This document shows, in pieces, positions 8,454 to 16,418 of a stretch of DNA of 32,000 bases. This DNA comes from Breznakia blatticola. GTDB taxonomy: Bacteria > Bacillota_I > Bacilli_A > Erysipelotrichales > Erysipelotrichaceae. Under the pieces are notes generated by a model that was given only the letters and a program-made list of their open reading frames with translations, ran no database searches and was not told the origin of the DNA. The DNA lies in assembly GCF_004365815.1 (NCBI RefSeq), contig NZ_SODD01000001.1, forward strand, positions 112,588-144,587, given 5' to 3'. Made by a program: the position numbers and the translations under genes. The stretch's first letter is position 1. Every line of letters begins with the position of its first letter.

Positions 8454-8474
8454 CTTTTTTGATCTTTTTCATTT

Positions 8475-8912
8475 TTAATTCTTTTTGTTTATATTTTTTG
8501 CAATATCAATAATCATTTTTTCAAAATCTTTGTTACTAATCCCGATGTCAGCAAGTAAATCATCAAATTCTTTTCTGCACATTTGACTTTCAGTGTAGTT
8601 ATCTTCGCCATTTGTGTATACAATACATTCTTTTGATTGTTGTTGAACTTTACCTAATGTAATAACTGCATTACTTTTAGAATTGACCAAAAAAACTATA
8701 TTCAAATCTTTTAATTTTGTCTCATTATTAAATTTATATTCTTTATTTTCAAGATTTACAGTTATCACATCATTTCCTGCCCATCTATTTGCACTTATTT
8801 CGAATCCACTTTCAAGAAATAAAGATATATGATCGTCATCAGACTTACATATCATCAACACTACACATGATATCAGTAAAGCAAAAATAAAGACTCCTTT
8901 TTTAATTTTCAT
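8475..8912 (-). CDS. Small putative lipoprotein (145 aa), no recognisable family
   Basis: The signal peptide MKIKKGVFIFALLISC carries a lipobox-like LISC. The mature part is hydrophilic. Confidence 0.5.
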   Translation of the reverse strand: MKIKKGVFIFALLISCVVLMICKSDDDHISLFLESGFEISANRWAGNDVITVNLENKEYKFNNETKLKDLNIVFLVNSKSNAVITLGKVQQQSKECIVYTNGEDNYTESQMCRKEFDDLLADIGISNKDFEKMIIDIAKNINKKN

Positions 8913-9191
8913 CTTAACCTCTCATAACTTTTTTGAAAAACTCTCCAACTCTAGGTGAAAATTCAAACAATTCAGCAAAGCGTTTATTCTGTTGTATTTC
9001 CAAAGATTGCAAAATTTACCATTACAATCAATGAAAATATCATACAAAACCTAAAATCATTAACTTTTTTCACCTTCTCATTGTTTTTAACTGTGAAGAT
9101 AATATGTTCACAATTTAAATTGCTCTCTCAGTAATTTAAAGAATTTCATAATAACAGAAATTCTAGTTATTTTATCTCAACACCATTCAGT

Positions 9192-9674
9192 TTATTTACT
9201 ATCAACTTCACATGTATAGCCTTTAATTACTAATTGCTTAATAATGTCATTCATAATTTTCGAATCATTCGTATCATCAAGTATTAGTTCATCTAAGACA
9301 TTATCTTTAGCAATAAAGACCACTCTGACCCCTTCATTGACAAAGTCAACAGTAAGCTTAGATTCATCCAATCCCATTTCATCACTGAATGTTTTCTCAA
9401 TTTCTTTGCGATCATCTTCATTCAATTCCTTTTTATCACCAATGAAATAGTCTGGATGAAAAACAAGTTTAACTTCAATTTCATCTACTATCGTTTCATA
9501 ATCGAGTGAGCTTATCTTATAAGTGCTAATAATACCTGCTTCCTGCATCTTACATATTTCAGTTTTATAATTAGTTTTTCCATCTACAAATGACAGATTG
9601 TTAGAACATCCTGCTAAAATCGCAGTTAAGATAATAAGCATGATTGTTTTCTTTGTTTTTTGATTTTTTTTCAT
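9192..9674 (-). CDS. Putative lipoprotein (~160 aa)
   Basis: MKKNQKTKKTIMLIILTAILAGCSNN has a canonical LAGC lipobox. GGAGGA lies 4-5 nt upstream of the ATG at 9674. The mature part is acidic. Confidence 0.6.
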   Translation of the reverse strand: MKKNQKTKKTIMLIILTAILAGCSNNLSFVDGKTNYKTEICKMQEAGIISTYKISSLDYETIVDEIEVKLVFHPDYFIGDKKELNEDDRKEIEKTFSDEMGLDESKLTVDFVNEGVRVVFIAKDNVLDELILDDTNDSKIMNDIIKQLVIKGYTCEVDSK

Positions 9675-10493
9675 CTCTCCTCCAATATTCGTTATGTATT
9701 TTTCAACCATTTATTGAAAAGTGTTATTTCATTTTATATTACATCGATTCTATGTTGGAACAACGGTCGTTTCCCAAAACATATTAGAAAATGAATTGCA
9801 TTGATATAACATAGACGATGGGTGTACAACCTACATTCTACTTTAAACATTTGTTGTTTATCTTTTTGTTAAATATCATAGTACTTAATAGTGTTTGTCC
9901 TATTTTATTACAAACATATTTTTCTACACTCAAAACTTTACTTATATAATCAATAATTGTTCTTTATTGCCCTTTCGTTGTTTTAGAAGAGTTCTCATTT
10001 ATTAACCCCTCGTTTTCTTTCGTTAAACTACTATATTCTACAAATGACTTAGCTCTATTATCACTCAAAGTTATGACTACACCACTATCGGTATCCACGA
10101 ATGTTCAAGAATACTTTCATTAGAAATTTCAATTCTAGTTGTTTCTTCGACACTTTCAGTAAAATCTTCCATTTTTATTACATCCTACTTAGCATCTTCT
10201 CTCTCAACATTATTCAACACAGTATAATAGAGAACGTTACGACTGAACTTAAAATTAATAAATATTTTTTTAAATCCCCCTTTTTTAAGTGTTTAATCAA
10301 TCAAATCCACTAAGCAATTCAATTTATTTCTATAGTTTATCTCTCAACATTAGTAAAACTTTCTACACCTCCTACTTCGTTTAATAACGTGTACTCTTTA
10401 TTTAATAGTTCTATAAATATAATAGGTCAAATAAATACAAATGTCAACACTTAATCAAAACAACGATATTCAAAGTAATTTTATAAAAAGCAT

Positions 10494-10528
10494 AAAAAAA
10501 CCATATAATCCCGAACAGGACTATACGG
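10494..10528 (-). terminator. Strong rho-independent terminator, about 227 nt downstream of the wHTH gene
   Basis: The minus-strand RNA forms an 11-bp stem CCGUAUAGUCC/GGAUUAUAUGG (two G-U pairs) with a 6-nt loop, followed by U7. Confidence 0.7.
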
Positions 10529-10754
10529 CTTCATTTTTAGTACAATAATACCTTGTTATTTATGAATCAAAGCTCACAATATACGTTTTACTTACTGCAA
10601 TATCTCAAATATAGAATGAGTAGTTCCAACAACATTTATAGTTGTACTATTTTCTCTTTGTATTAATTCTGTACAGTTAGCATGAAAATCACCCAAAACA
10701 TTCTTTACAAATTCAAAAATAAACTTGTTAAGTAAACTAATATTGAAATCTTCA

Positions 10755-11051
10755 TTATTTGCTTCCTGTAGTAAGACTATTTAGTATATTTACATATTCT
10801 AAGAATTCACGTCTTCCCTTCTTTGTTAACGAATATGTAGTTTGCGGCTTATTGTTAATAAACTCTTTTTTAACAGATATATAATCATTTTCGATTAATT
10901 TTTTTGTATGAGTCGTCATATTACCATCTGAACATTCACAGATATCTTTTAATTCGCGATATGTTAAATCAGATACTGAAAGGCTTGCGATCATTTGCAA
11001 ACGAATATTTGATTCGAATACCTTTGACGTTTGAAGAAGTTTAGTCGACAT
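10755..11051 (-). CDS. Winged-helix transcriptional regulator (small, ~98 aa)
   Basis: IRLQMIASLSVSDLTYRELKDICECSDGNMTTHTKKLIENDYISVKKEFINNKPQTTYSLTKKGRREF shows the HTH plus beta-wing pattern of ArsR/PadR-like small wHTH proteins. It overlaps the end of the upstream membrane gene. An alternative GTG start exists at 11060. Confidence 0.7.
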   Translation of the reverse strand: MSTKLLQTSKVFESNIRLQMIASLSVSDLTYRELKDICECSDGNMTTHTKKLIENDYISVKKEFINNKPQTTYSLTKKGRREFLEYVNILNSLTTGSK

Positions 11052-11733
11052 CTTTAGCACTTCTCAATAATAACCAGCAATACAATAAAGAAATAATCGG
11101 AATTATATTAAAATCTGCAAACCAAACAAAACAATCGTTCATTTTAACTATAAAAAGAAAATAATCTGTCAATTCAACCGCTGTCTCCATAGTTATCCTT
11201 ACATAAACAACACATGCAAAATAGATTAACAAAAAAATAATAGGTAGTAAAAAAGTTTTTCTTTTCGTAAAGTTATATATAAGTAGAAAAGCAGCTATCA
11301 TAATAATTACTTCCAACGGTATCATTAAATGCATGTAATACATTATAATTGAATCAAAATAGTATATAAGAATAAAAACTAGACTATTAAATGACAATAA
11401 AATTGGTATTATCATAAATGAGTGCAAGAAATTTTTATCAGATAAATTCATTTTATTTCGCTTAACAAGATAATAATATAAGCATGGAATTACTATATAA
11501 AATGATATCAGCATTATTCGATATATCGAATAATATAGTTCACTCTGATAAAGTCCATTTATGCGCATAATTGATTGGTATATATATATAATTGTAGATG
11601 CGATAAAATAGAAAAGGAAAAGATATTTCATATATTTCGATATATTACGAGTATCTTTGTTTTTCGACAATACAAAATGAGTATTACTTATTGCGGTGTT
11701 AATTATTTCTTTTGAATTTTTCATGTGATTCAT
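11041..11733 (-). CDS. Polytopic membrane protein (230 aa), unknown function, co-transcribed with the wHTH regulator
   Basis: About six hydrophobic helices that are very Ile/Leu/Tyr/Phe-rich. Its 3' end overlaps the regulator gene. Confidence 0.55.
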   Translation of the reverse strand: MNHMKNSKEIINTAISNTHFVLSKNKDTRNISKYMKYLFLFYFIASTIIYIYQSIMRINGLYQSELYYSIYRIMLISFYIVIPCLYYYLVKRNKMNLSDKNFLHSFMIIPILLSFNSLVFILIYYFDSIIMYYMHLMIPLEVIIMIAAFLLIYNFTKRKTFLLPIIFLLIYFACVVYVRITMETAVELTDYFLFIVKMNDCFVWFADFNIIPIISLLYCWLLLRSAKDVD

Positions 11734-12040
11734 CCTCTAAAATAATTATAGGAAAAGCATTTAAGTATGTAAAGATATTTGTCACGTAAACTAAGTGTTT
11801 TATTTTATCGATATTACTATTTATTAAAAAGTAATAAAGCTAAACTACAACTGTCGTAAAAAGCTTTTGAAAATTTATAACTCGATAGTTTGATAAAGAT
11901 TCATTTCTTTTAATTTTACATTTATTATCAGACTTTAGCTTTCTTTTCATTTTAGAATAAGTTAAGTATTCTGTTTATTCCTTTAACTCAACTATTAATA
12001 ATATGTGTACCATACATACACATTGTCTAATATCAACAAC

Positions 12041-12069
12041 TTTACATCAATAGTAGCTTCAACTATAAT
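12041..12069 (+). promoter_or_regulatory. Near-consensus sigma-A promoter for the small-peptide unit
   Basis: TTTACA (12041-12046), exactly 17 nt, TATAAT (12064-12069). Confidence 0.45.
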
Positions 12070-12146
12070 AACCATATCGATAACTGTAATACATAAAGAA
12101 AGAACTACTAGATTCAGACTAATGACTTGAAAGGAGAAAACAATAC

Positions 12147-12242
12147 ATGTATAGACTTATTTATGACGTAATACAATTAATGTTATTATTATATATCGCA
12201 ATAAAAGTTAGTGATATTAAGAGTAATGATCATGACAGATAA
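12147..12242 (+). CDS. 31-aa hydrophobic peptide, candidate type I toxin / holin-like toxin
   Basis: This ORF is absent from the ORF track because it is under 60 aa. AAGGAG lies 10 nt upstream of the ATG. The peptide MYRLIYDVIQLMLLLYIAIKVSDIKSNDHDR has one TM helix and a charged tail. Its YDVIQLMLLL core resembles the FQALMLMLA / YESLMVMI cores of B. subtilis BsrE/TxpA-type toxins, as I recall them. Confidence 0.4.
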   Translation: MYRLIYDVIQLMLLLYIAIKVSDIKSNDHDR

Positions 12243-12486
12243 TAAAAATATTAGCAGTAATTCTGTTTATCGCTGACTAATCTCAACACGATATAACACA
12301 GTGTTTATATAACTTGAGAAGATTAAAACGAGTAAAAAGCACTAGAGTTTATGGTGTGTGTTCATGCAAGCGAATAGTACACCACTATTGCTATTAAAAA
12401 GGGACCTCGCATACCACAATTTGTACAGTTCCGTATACACCGTTTCAATTAAACTTATATCTTAGTACATATCAATCTAAACAACT

Positions 12487-12512
12487 AACTAGTCAATCTT
12501 GACTAGTTTTTT
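12487..12512 (+). terminator. Rho-independent terminator closing the small-peptide transcription unit
   Basis: A 10-nt inverted repeat AACTAGTCAA/TTGACTAGTT runs directly into a T-run. Confidence 0.55.
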
Positions 12513-12637
12513 AGGTATTACATGCACCATATATTATAAGCGTATAAGATGATAATGCAGGTTTATGTATGATTATTTGTCTTGCTTGGTCTATACAATA
12601 ACTAACTTTTGAAGACACCATTATTCTATTTATAAAT

Positions 12638-12976
12638 TTATTTAGCAATATCTTCGTCACTAGCATCTTTGATATTTAATATATAACCATCATCTGCATA
12701 CGTCACTATCATTCCTTTGTATGGTTTGGGTAACCCCGTAATCTTCTCATTGCGTACAAGTTCTGGATATCCTCCTTCTTTGATAAGAAATGAGCGTTCA
12801 TCCTGAAATTCAATGATCGTACCCGGCTTCATACTTGCAGGAATGAGACTTTCCACATTTTCACATGGCTCGCATTCCATTTGATTTGAGTTATCCTTTG
12901 CTTTCGATTCTTGTTGAGACTGACAACCACATACATATATACACAAGCAAACACATAAACACAACACTTTCTTCAT
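12638..12976 (-). CDS. Small putative lipoprotein (112 aa)
   Basis: MKKVLCLCVCLCIYVCGCQSQ is a Cys-rich signal peptide with a VCGC lipobox-like site. The mature part is hydrophilic. Confidence 0.5.
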   Translation of the reverse strand: MKKVLCLCVCLCIYVCGCQSQQESKAKDNSNQMECEPCENVESLIPASMKPGTIIEFQDERSFLIKEGGYPELVRNEKITGLPKPYKGMIVTYADDGYILNIKDASDEDIAK

Positions 12977-13023
12977 ATGCAGACCTCCCGATTATGAATT
13001 CAACAATGTTTTTATTAAAGCAC

Positions 13024-13047
13024 AAAAAAACTTGGAAATCATCCAAG
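13024..13047 (-). terminator. Terminator downstream of tRNA-Asp
   Basis: The minus strand has the stem CTTGGA/TCCAAG (6 bp, 5-nt loop) followed by T7, about 15 nt after the tRNA 3' end. Confidence 0.5.
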
Positions 13048-13061
13048 TTTAATAAGTAATA

Positions 13062-13137
13062 TGGCGGTCCTGATGGGACTCGAACCCACGATCTCCTCCG
13101 TGACAGGGAGGCATGTTAACCACTACACCACAGGACC
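13062..13137 (-). tRNA. tRNA-Asp (anticodon GTC), CCA encoded
   Basis: The reverse complement reads GGTCCTGTGGTGTAGTGGTTAACATGCCTCCCTGTCACGGAGGAGATCGTGGGTTCGAGTCCCATCAGGACCGCCA. It has a 7-bp acceptor stem GGTCCTG/CAGGACC, an anticodon stem CCTCC/GGAGG with loop CTGTCAC, and a GTTCGAGTC T-loop. Confidence 0.9.
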
Positions 13138-13179
13138 ATATTTTCTTCATTTGCGAATTGTTTACCGCTAACGAAGTTA

Positions 13180-13208
13180 ATAATAACAAAGTTTTTCTAT
13201 CTATGCAA
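13180..13208 (-). promoter_or_regulatory. Candidate tRNA promoter with A/T-rich UP-like element
   Basis: The minus strand reads TTGCAT, 17 nt, TATTAT, about 40 nt upstream of the tRNA 5' end. Long A/T tracts at 13215-13250 precede it. Confidence 0.45.
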
Positions 13209-13271
13209 GTCTTTTTATGCAACTTTTTTAATTTTTTTTTATTTTTTTATAATTCGCTATATTTACTTGGT

Positions 13272-13883
13272 TTATGCGATCTCTAAACCTAGCATAATCG
13301 CGATACTTGCTGCTTGATCAAAACGTATTTTTAAGCCTTTACTATGCTGTAAATCTAGAAACAAACTTTCAAATTCACAAGTACTTATATCAATCCCTGC
13401 CAGTTTGGTTTCACGCAAATCTAACTTTTGAATCATACAATGGTCAAATTGTAATTCCTTATGTTTCGTATGTAGAAATGAAGCTTCTACAAGTTCACAC
13501 GATTCAAATAAAACATGCTTTATTTTTGTTGATGCAAAATTAGCATACCGAAGAATCGAATCTTTAAAACGGACATATCCTAAATTCGCTTCAATAAATA
13601 AAGAACCAACCAATTTGCAGTGAATGAAATCAACACGATGTAGTAGTGTTTCTTCAAAATTGCAGTTTGATAAATCACAGTATAAAAAAATCGTATCCAA
13701 CATTTCAATCTTTTCAAAAGTTGGTAAGGTAAAAGTACAACGTTCAAACTTCACTTGATCATATGTATATGTGTCTTCATCAACAATCGTACATGATTTA
13801 TAGTAAGTATTTGGTTCAATATGGCTAATGACTTCATTTTCGATAATGTCATCGTATTGTTCAATCGGTGTTATATGTTTCAT
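13272..13883 (-). CDS. Pentapeptide-repeat protein, Qnr/MfpA-like
   Basis: Tandem A(D/N)LxF-type pentapeptides appear throughout (CDLSNCNFEETLLHRVDFIHCKLVGSLFIEANLGYVRFKDSILRYANFASTKI...). The C-terminal tail GLKIRFDQAASIAIMLGLEIA resembles the Qnr-family dimerisation tail, e.g. E. faecalis Qnr ...GLKVTPEQAIYLASALGLVIT as I recall it. Confidence 0.8.
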   Translation of the reverse strand: MKHITPIEQYDDIIENEVISHIEPNTYYKSCTIVDEDTYTYDQVKFERCTFTLPTFEKIEMLDTIFLYCDLSNCNFEETLLHRVDFIHCKLVGSLFIEANLGYVRFKDSILRYANFASTKIKHVLFESCELVEASFLHTKHKELQFDHCMIQKLDLRETKLAGIDISTCEFESLFLDLQHSKGLKIRFDQAASIAIMLGLEIA

Positions 13884-14007
13884 ATATTCTATGATAGCTC
13901 AAATTATAAAAATGCTAAAGGACTTTTTCAAATCCGTGTACCTGCTTTGCATGTATAGAAATGCTAAGGTATAGTAGAATTAGCTAAGAACTAGGGAGGG
14001 ACGACAA

Positions 14008-14382
14008 ATGAAACAGTTTGATGCAAAACGTATTACTGAAGTTGTTGAACGCTATATGGATGCTGTATACAAAGGAGATATTGAAACTTTAAAAAGTATT
14101 TTCTATGGGGATGCAGCAATGTATGGATACATCAAAGAATATGGAGTGATGGCTACACCACAATTATTCTATGATGAAATCACAAGCAAACCAACAATGG
14201 AAGAAAACCATGATCTATGTGAATATGTGATTACACATTTACAAGTAGAAGGAAACATTGCTTCTGTTTGTTTGCAAGTGGAAGGCTTCTATGGAGACGG
14301 TACAGTAATCGATATGTTCCACTTAATGAAAATTGAAGGTGTTTGGAAAATTACGTGCAAAACATTTTCACAGAGAGCATAA
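14008..14382 (+). CDS. NTF2-fold (SnoaL/lumazine-binding-like) small protein
   Basis: A 124-aa protein with VVERYMDAVYKGDIETLKSIF...GVWKITCKTF, the pattern typical of NTF2-like cone-fold proteins. GGGAGG lies upstream. Confidence 0.55.
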   Translation: MKQFDAKRITEVVERYMDAVYKGDIETLKSIFYGDAAMYGYIKEYGVMATPQLFYDEITSKPTMEENHDLCEYVITHLQVEGNIASVCLQVEGFYGDGTVIDMFHLMKIEGVWKITCKTFSQRA

Positions 14383-14384
14383 AA

Positions 14385-14407
14385 GAATCCCAATGGGATT
14401 TTTTTAT
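14385..14407 (+). terminator. Weak terminator after the NTF2-like gene
   Basis: The GAATCC/GGGATT hairpin is followed by T7. Confidence 0.4.
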
Positions 14408-14421
14408 AGTATGATATACAT

Positions 14422-15348
14422 ATGAAAAATAGAAAACAAAAAAGTACATTTCTAATTGGTCTAGCAATTCTTTGTGTTGTCTTACTAAGTATAATTGCCT
14501 ATAAAGGTGTTCGTACAATTATGCACAAAGAAGATATGACACCAATTGCTTTATATGAAAATTCAACAAGCTTATTCACAAAACAAACGCCAGATATTTC
14601 TAGTGTAATAGAAACTGATTTTCCAAATGGAAGATTTTATGAAGAACGTAAAAAAGCAGAGGAAGAAAAAAAGGCAAAAGAAGAAGCAGAACGTAAAGAA
14701 CGTGAACAAAAGCAACGACAAGAACAAGAGGCTAATAATCAGCAACCGAGCACCTCTGTTCAAATACCACAGTATAATGGTGATAAAATTGTGTGTTTAA
14801 CTTTTGATGACGGCCCTGGTTATGGCTCTACAGAACGCATTCTTAACACGTTGAAACAATATAACATCAAAGCTACATTCTTTGTATTGGGTCAAAAGGT
14901 TGCACAAAATCCTGGTTTGCTTATGCGTATGATTGCAGAAGGTCATACAATTGGTTCACATAGTTATGACCATCCAGATTTGACTACTTTATCTATAGAA
15001 AGCATGAAGGCACAACTTAGTTCAACTGACCAACAGATTATTGCTGCTGGTGGCTATACAACAAAATATCTTCGACCACCATACGGAAGTTATAATGATG
15101 CAATTACTCAAGCAATTGATAAGAAAATCATTTTATGGAATGTGGATAGCAATGATTGGCGTAACAAGCAAAACCCACAAGGTACAGTCAATAATGTAAT
15201 GTCAACACTTCAACCACATTCACTCATTCTTTTCCACGACATCTATGATAGTAGTGCAACTGCACTTGAACAAATCATTCCACAATTACTTGAAAATGGA
15301 TATCGATTTGTGAGTTTGGAAGAGTATATACAATTAACTGGATATTAA
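14422..15348 (+). CDS. Membrane-anchored polysaccharide deacetylase (NodB domain; peptidoglycan GlcNAc deacetylase-like)
   Basis: An N-terminal TM helix and a Lys/Glu-rich linker precede the NodB motifs LTFDDGP, HSYDHP, RPPYG and LFHD. Confidence 0.85.
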   Translation: MKNRKQKSTFLIGLAILCVVLLSIIAYKGVRTIMHKEDMTPIALYENSTSLFTKQTPDISSVIETDFPNGRFYEERKKAEEEKKAKEEAERKEREQKQRQEQEANNQQPSTSVQIPQYNGDKIVCLTFDDGPGYGSTERILNTLKQYNIKATFFVLGQKVAQNPGLLMRMIAEGHTIGSHSYDHPDLTTLSIESMKAQLSSTDQQIIAAGGYTTKYLRPPYGSYNDAITQAIDKKIILWNVDSNDWRNKQNPQGTVNNVMSTLQPHSLILFHDIYDSSATALEQIIPQLLENGYRFVSLEEYIQLTGY

Positions 15349-15356
15349 ACAAAAAA

Positions 15357-15392
15357 GGTAAGTCAATCACCCCATGTGAACTTACCTTTTTT
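15357..15392. terminator. Bidirectional terminator between convergent genes
   Basis: The stem GGTAAGT/ACTTACC is flanked by A6 on one side and T6 on the other. The loop is 16 nt. Confidence 0.5.
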
Positions 15393-15430
15393 GCTCTCGA
15401 TTTGCATGTATGTTTGTGAAACGATTCGAT

Positions 15431-15694
15431 TTAGTTTCGATATTTACTGAATAAAATATCCGCTAGTTCTAAACTGAACTCACCTTTACCAATAAGTTCA
15501 ATCGTTTTTGGATCAAATCCATCTTGACCTTTTACAAGATCTTCAATCTTTGAAAAGATTTGTTCATGTTTTTCTTTCACTTCACCATAGCTTAAGTTAT
15601 ACATTTTGGCTAGCGAAAGTAATGAACCTTCTGCTTTTACATAATCATCCATGTATGTTTTTTCTTCTTCATTTAAAATATTGTACCAATTCAT
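15431..15694 (-). CDS. Small HTH-like protein (87 aa), DUF2089-type C-terminal module without zinc ribbon
   Basis: DDYVKAEGSLLSLAKMYNLSYGEVKEKHEQIFSKIEDL resembles the FIxxxGNIKEVEKELGISYPTVRNRL module, from memory. GGGGA lies 6 nt upstream of the ATG. Confidence 0.4.
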   Translation of the reverse strand: MNWYNILNEEEKTYMDDYVKAEGSLLSLAKMYNLSYGEVKEKHEQIFSKIEDLVKGQDGFDPKTIELIGKGEFSLELADILFSKYRN

Positions 15695-15869
15695 GATAAG
15701 TCCCCACTTTCATATCGCTAATCATTTCACGTTTTGTATTGTAAGAAATCCCCATACAATTGAATTTCTTAGTGCTATTCTAACAAAACCGAAATAAAAC
15801 TTCTATAGAATCTTTTGTGTTTTTTGTGTGATGTTATACGTAATTTACTTTTTCTTAAGATTTTTCATG

Positions 15870-15904
15870 AAATCCAAAAGAAAAGTGAGCATACATCTCA
15901 CTTT
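15870..15904 (-). terminator. Terminator after bcp
   Basis: The stem AAAGTGAG/CTCACTTT overlaps the stop codon and is followed by TTCTTTT on the minus strand. Confidence 0.5.
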
Positions 15905-16364
15905 ATAGTGCTTTTAAGTAATCAACAATTTGTTGCGCATTCTTTTCTGGACTTGCCTTTTTATATACTTTTATAATCGTTCCAGTTTCATCGATAACAA
16001 ATGTTGAACGAGCAACACCCATGTATTTCTTTCCATACATGTTCTTTTCTACCCATACACCATAGTTTTCAATAGCATCTAGGGTTGGATCACTCAACAA
16101 GATAAACGGAAGATCATATTTATCAATAAATTTCTGATGACTTTCTCTTCCATCTTTACTAATACCAATAACTACTGTATTTTCATCCTGTAAATCTTGA
16201 AATGCATTACGAAATGCACATGCTTGTTTTGTACATCCTGGGGTGTTGTCTTTTGGATAAAAGTAAACGACGACTTTCTTTCCTTTATAGTCATGTAAAT
16301 GATGCAGTTGTCCTTGCGCATCTTCTAAAGCAAAATCATATGCTTTCATTTTTTCTTCTAACAT
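15903..16364 (-). CDS. bcp: Thioredoxin-dependent thiol peroxidase (peroxiredoxin Bcp)
   Basis: VVVYFYPKDNTPGCTKQAC carries the peroxidatic Cys motif in an AhpC/TSA fold. GAGGTG lies 6 nt before the ATG at 16364. Confidence 0.9.
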   Translation of the reverse strand: MLEEKMKAYDFALEDAQGQLHHLHDYKGKKVVVYFYPKDNTPGCTKQACAFRNAFQDLQDENTVVIGISKDGRESHQKFIDKYDLPFILLSDPTLDAIENYGVWVEKNMYGKKYMGVARSTFVIDETGTIIKVYKKASPEKNAQQIVDYLKAL

Positions 16365-16418
16365 GATATCCACCTCTTTTCATCCATACTTTATCGTGGT
16401 TAATAGTTGAATGCAATT

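Noticed and set aside
8913-9191. Short minus-strand reading frames between the two lipoprotein genes (VKKVNDFRFCMIFSLIVMVNFAIFGNTTE and LQSLEIQQNKRFAELFEFSPRVGEFFKKVMRG).
   Set aside because: They are possibly fragments of a decayed signal-peptide gene. Each is under 35 codons, uses non-ATG starts, and lacks proper SD spacing, so there is not enough evidence to call a feature.
9664-9671. An A8 homopolymer (T8 on the plus strand) right after the lipoprotein start codon, considered as a slipped-strand phase-variation switch.
   Set aside because: The tract simply encodes the Lys-rich n-region (MKKNQK) of a signal peptide. Eight nucleotides is short for efficient slippage, and such tracts are common in AT-rich genomes.
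10101-10313. A 70-aa plus-strand ORF in the large non-coding gap.
   Set aside because: It has no SD, and its sequence is Phe/Ile/Asn-rich low-complexity typical of random AT-rich DNA. The opposite strand carries a more protein-like, though frameshifted, reading frame.
10705-10755. A 16-aa hydrophobic ORF (MKISILVYLTSLFLNL) overlapping the wHTH gene stop as TAATG.
   Set aside because: It is too short to distinguish from chance in AT-rich sequence, and it has no independent SD. The 227-nt stretch before the terminator is more simply a 3' UTR.
8221-13137. An intact integrative element inserted at tRNA-Asp.
   Set aside because: No integrase, recombinase, excisionase or mobilisation gene is present. 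By eye I could not find a direct repeat of the tRNA 3' end at the far boundary. Only the weaker decayed-island idea is kept as a finding.
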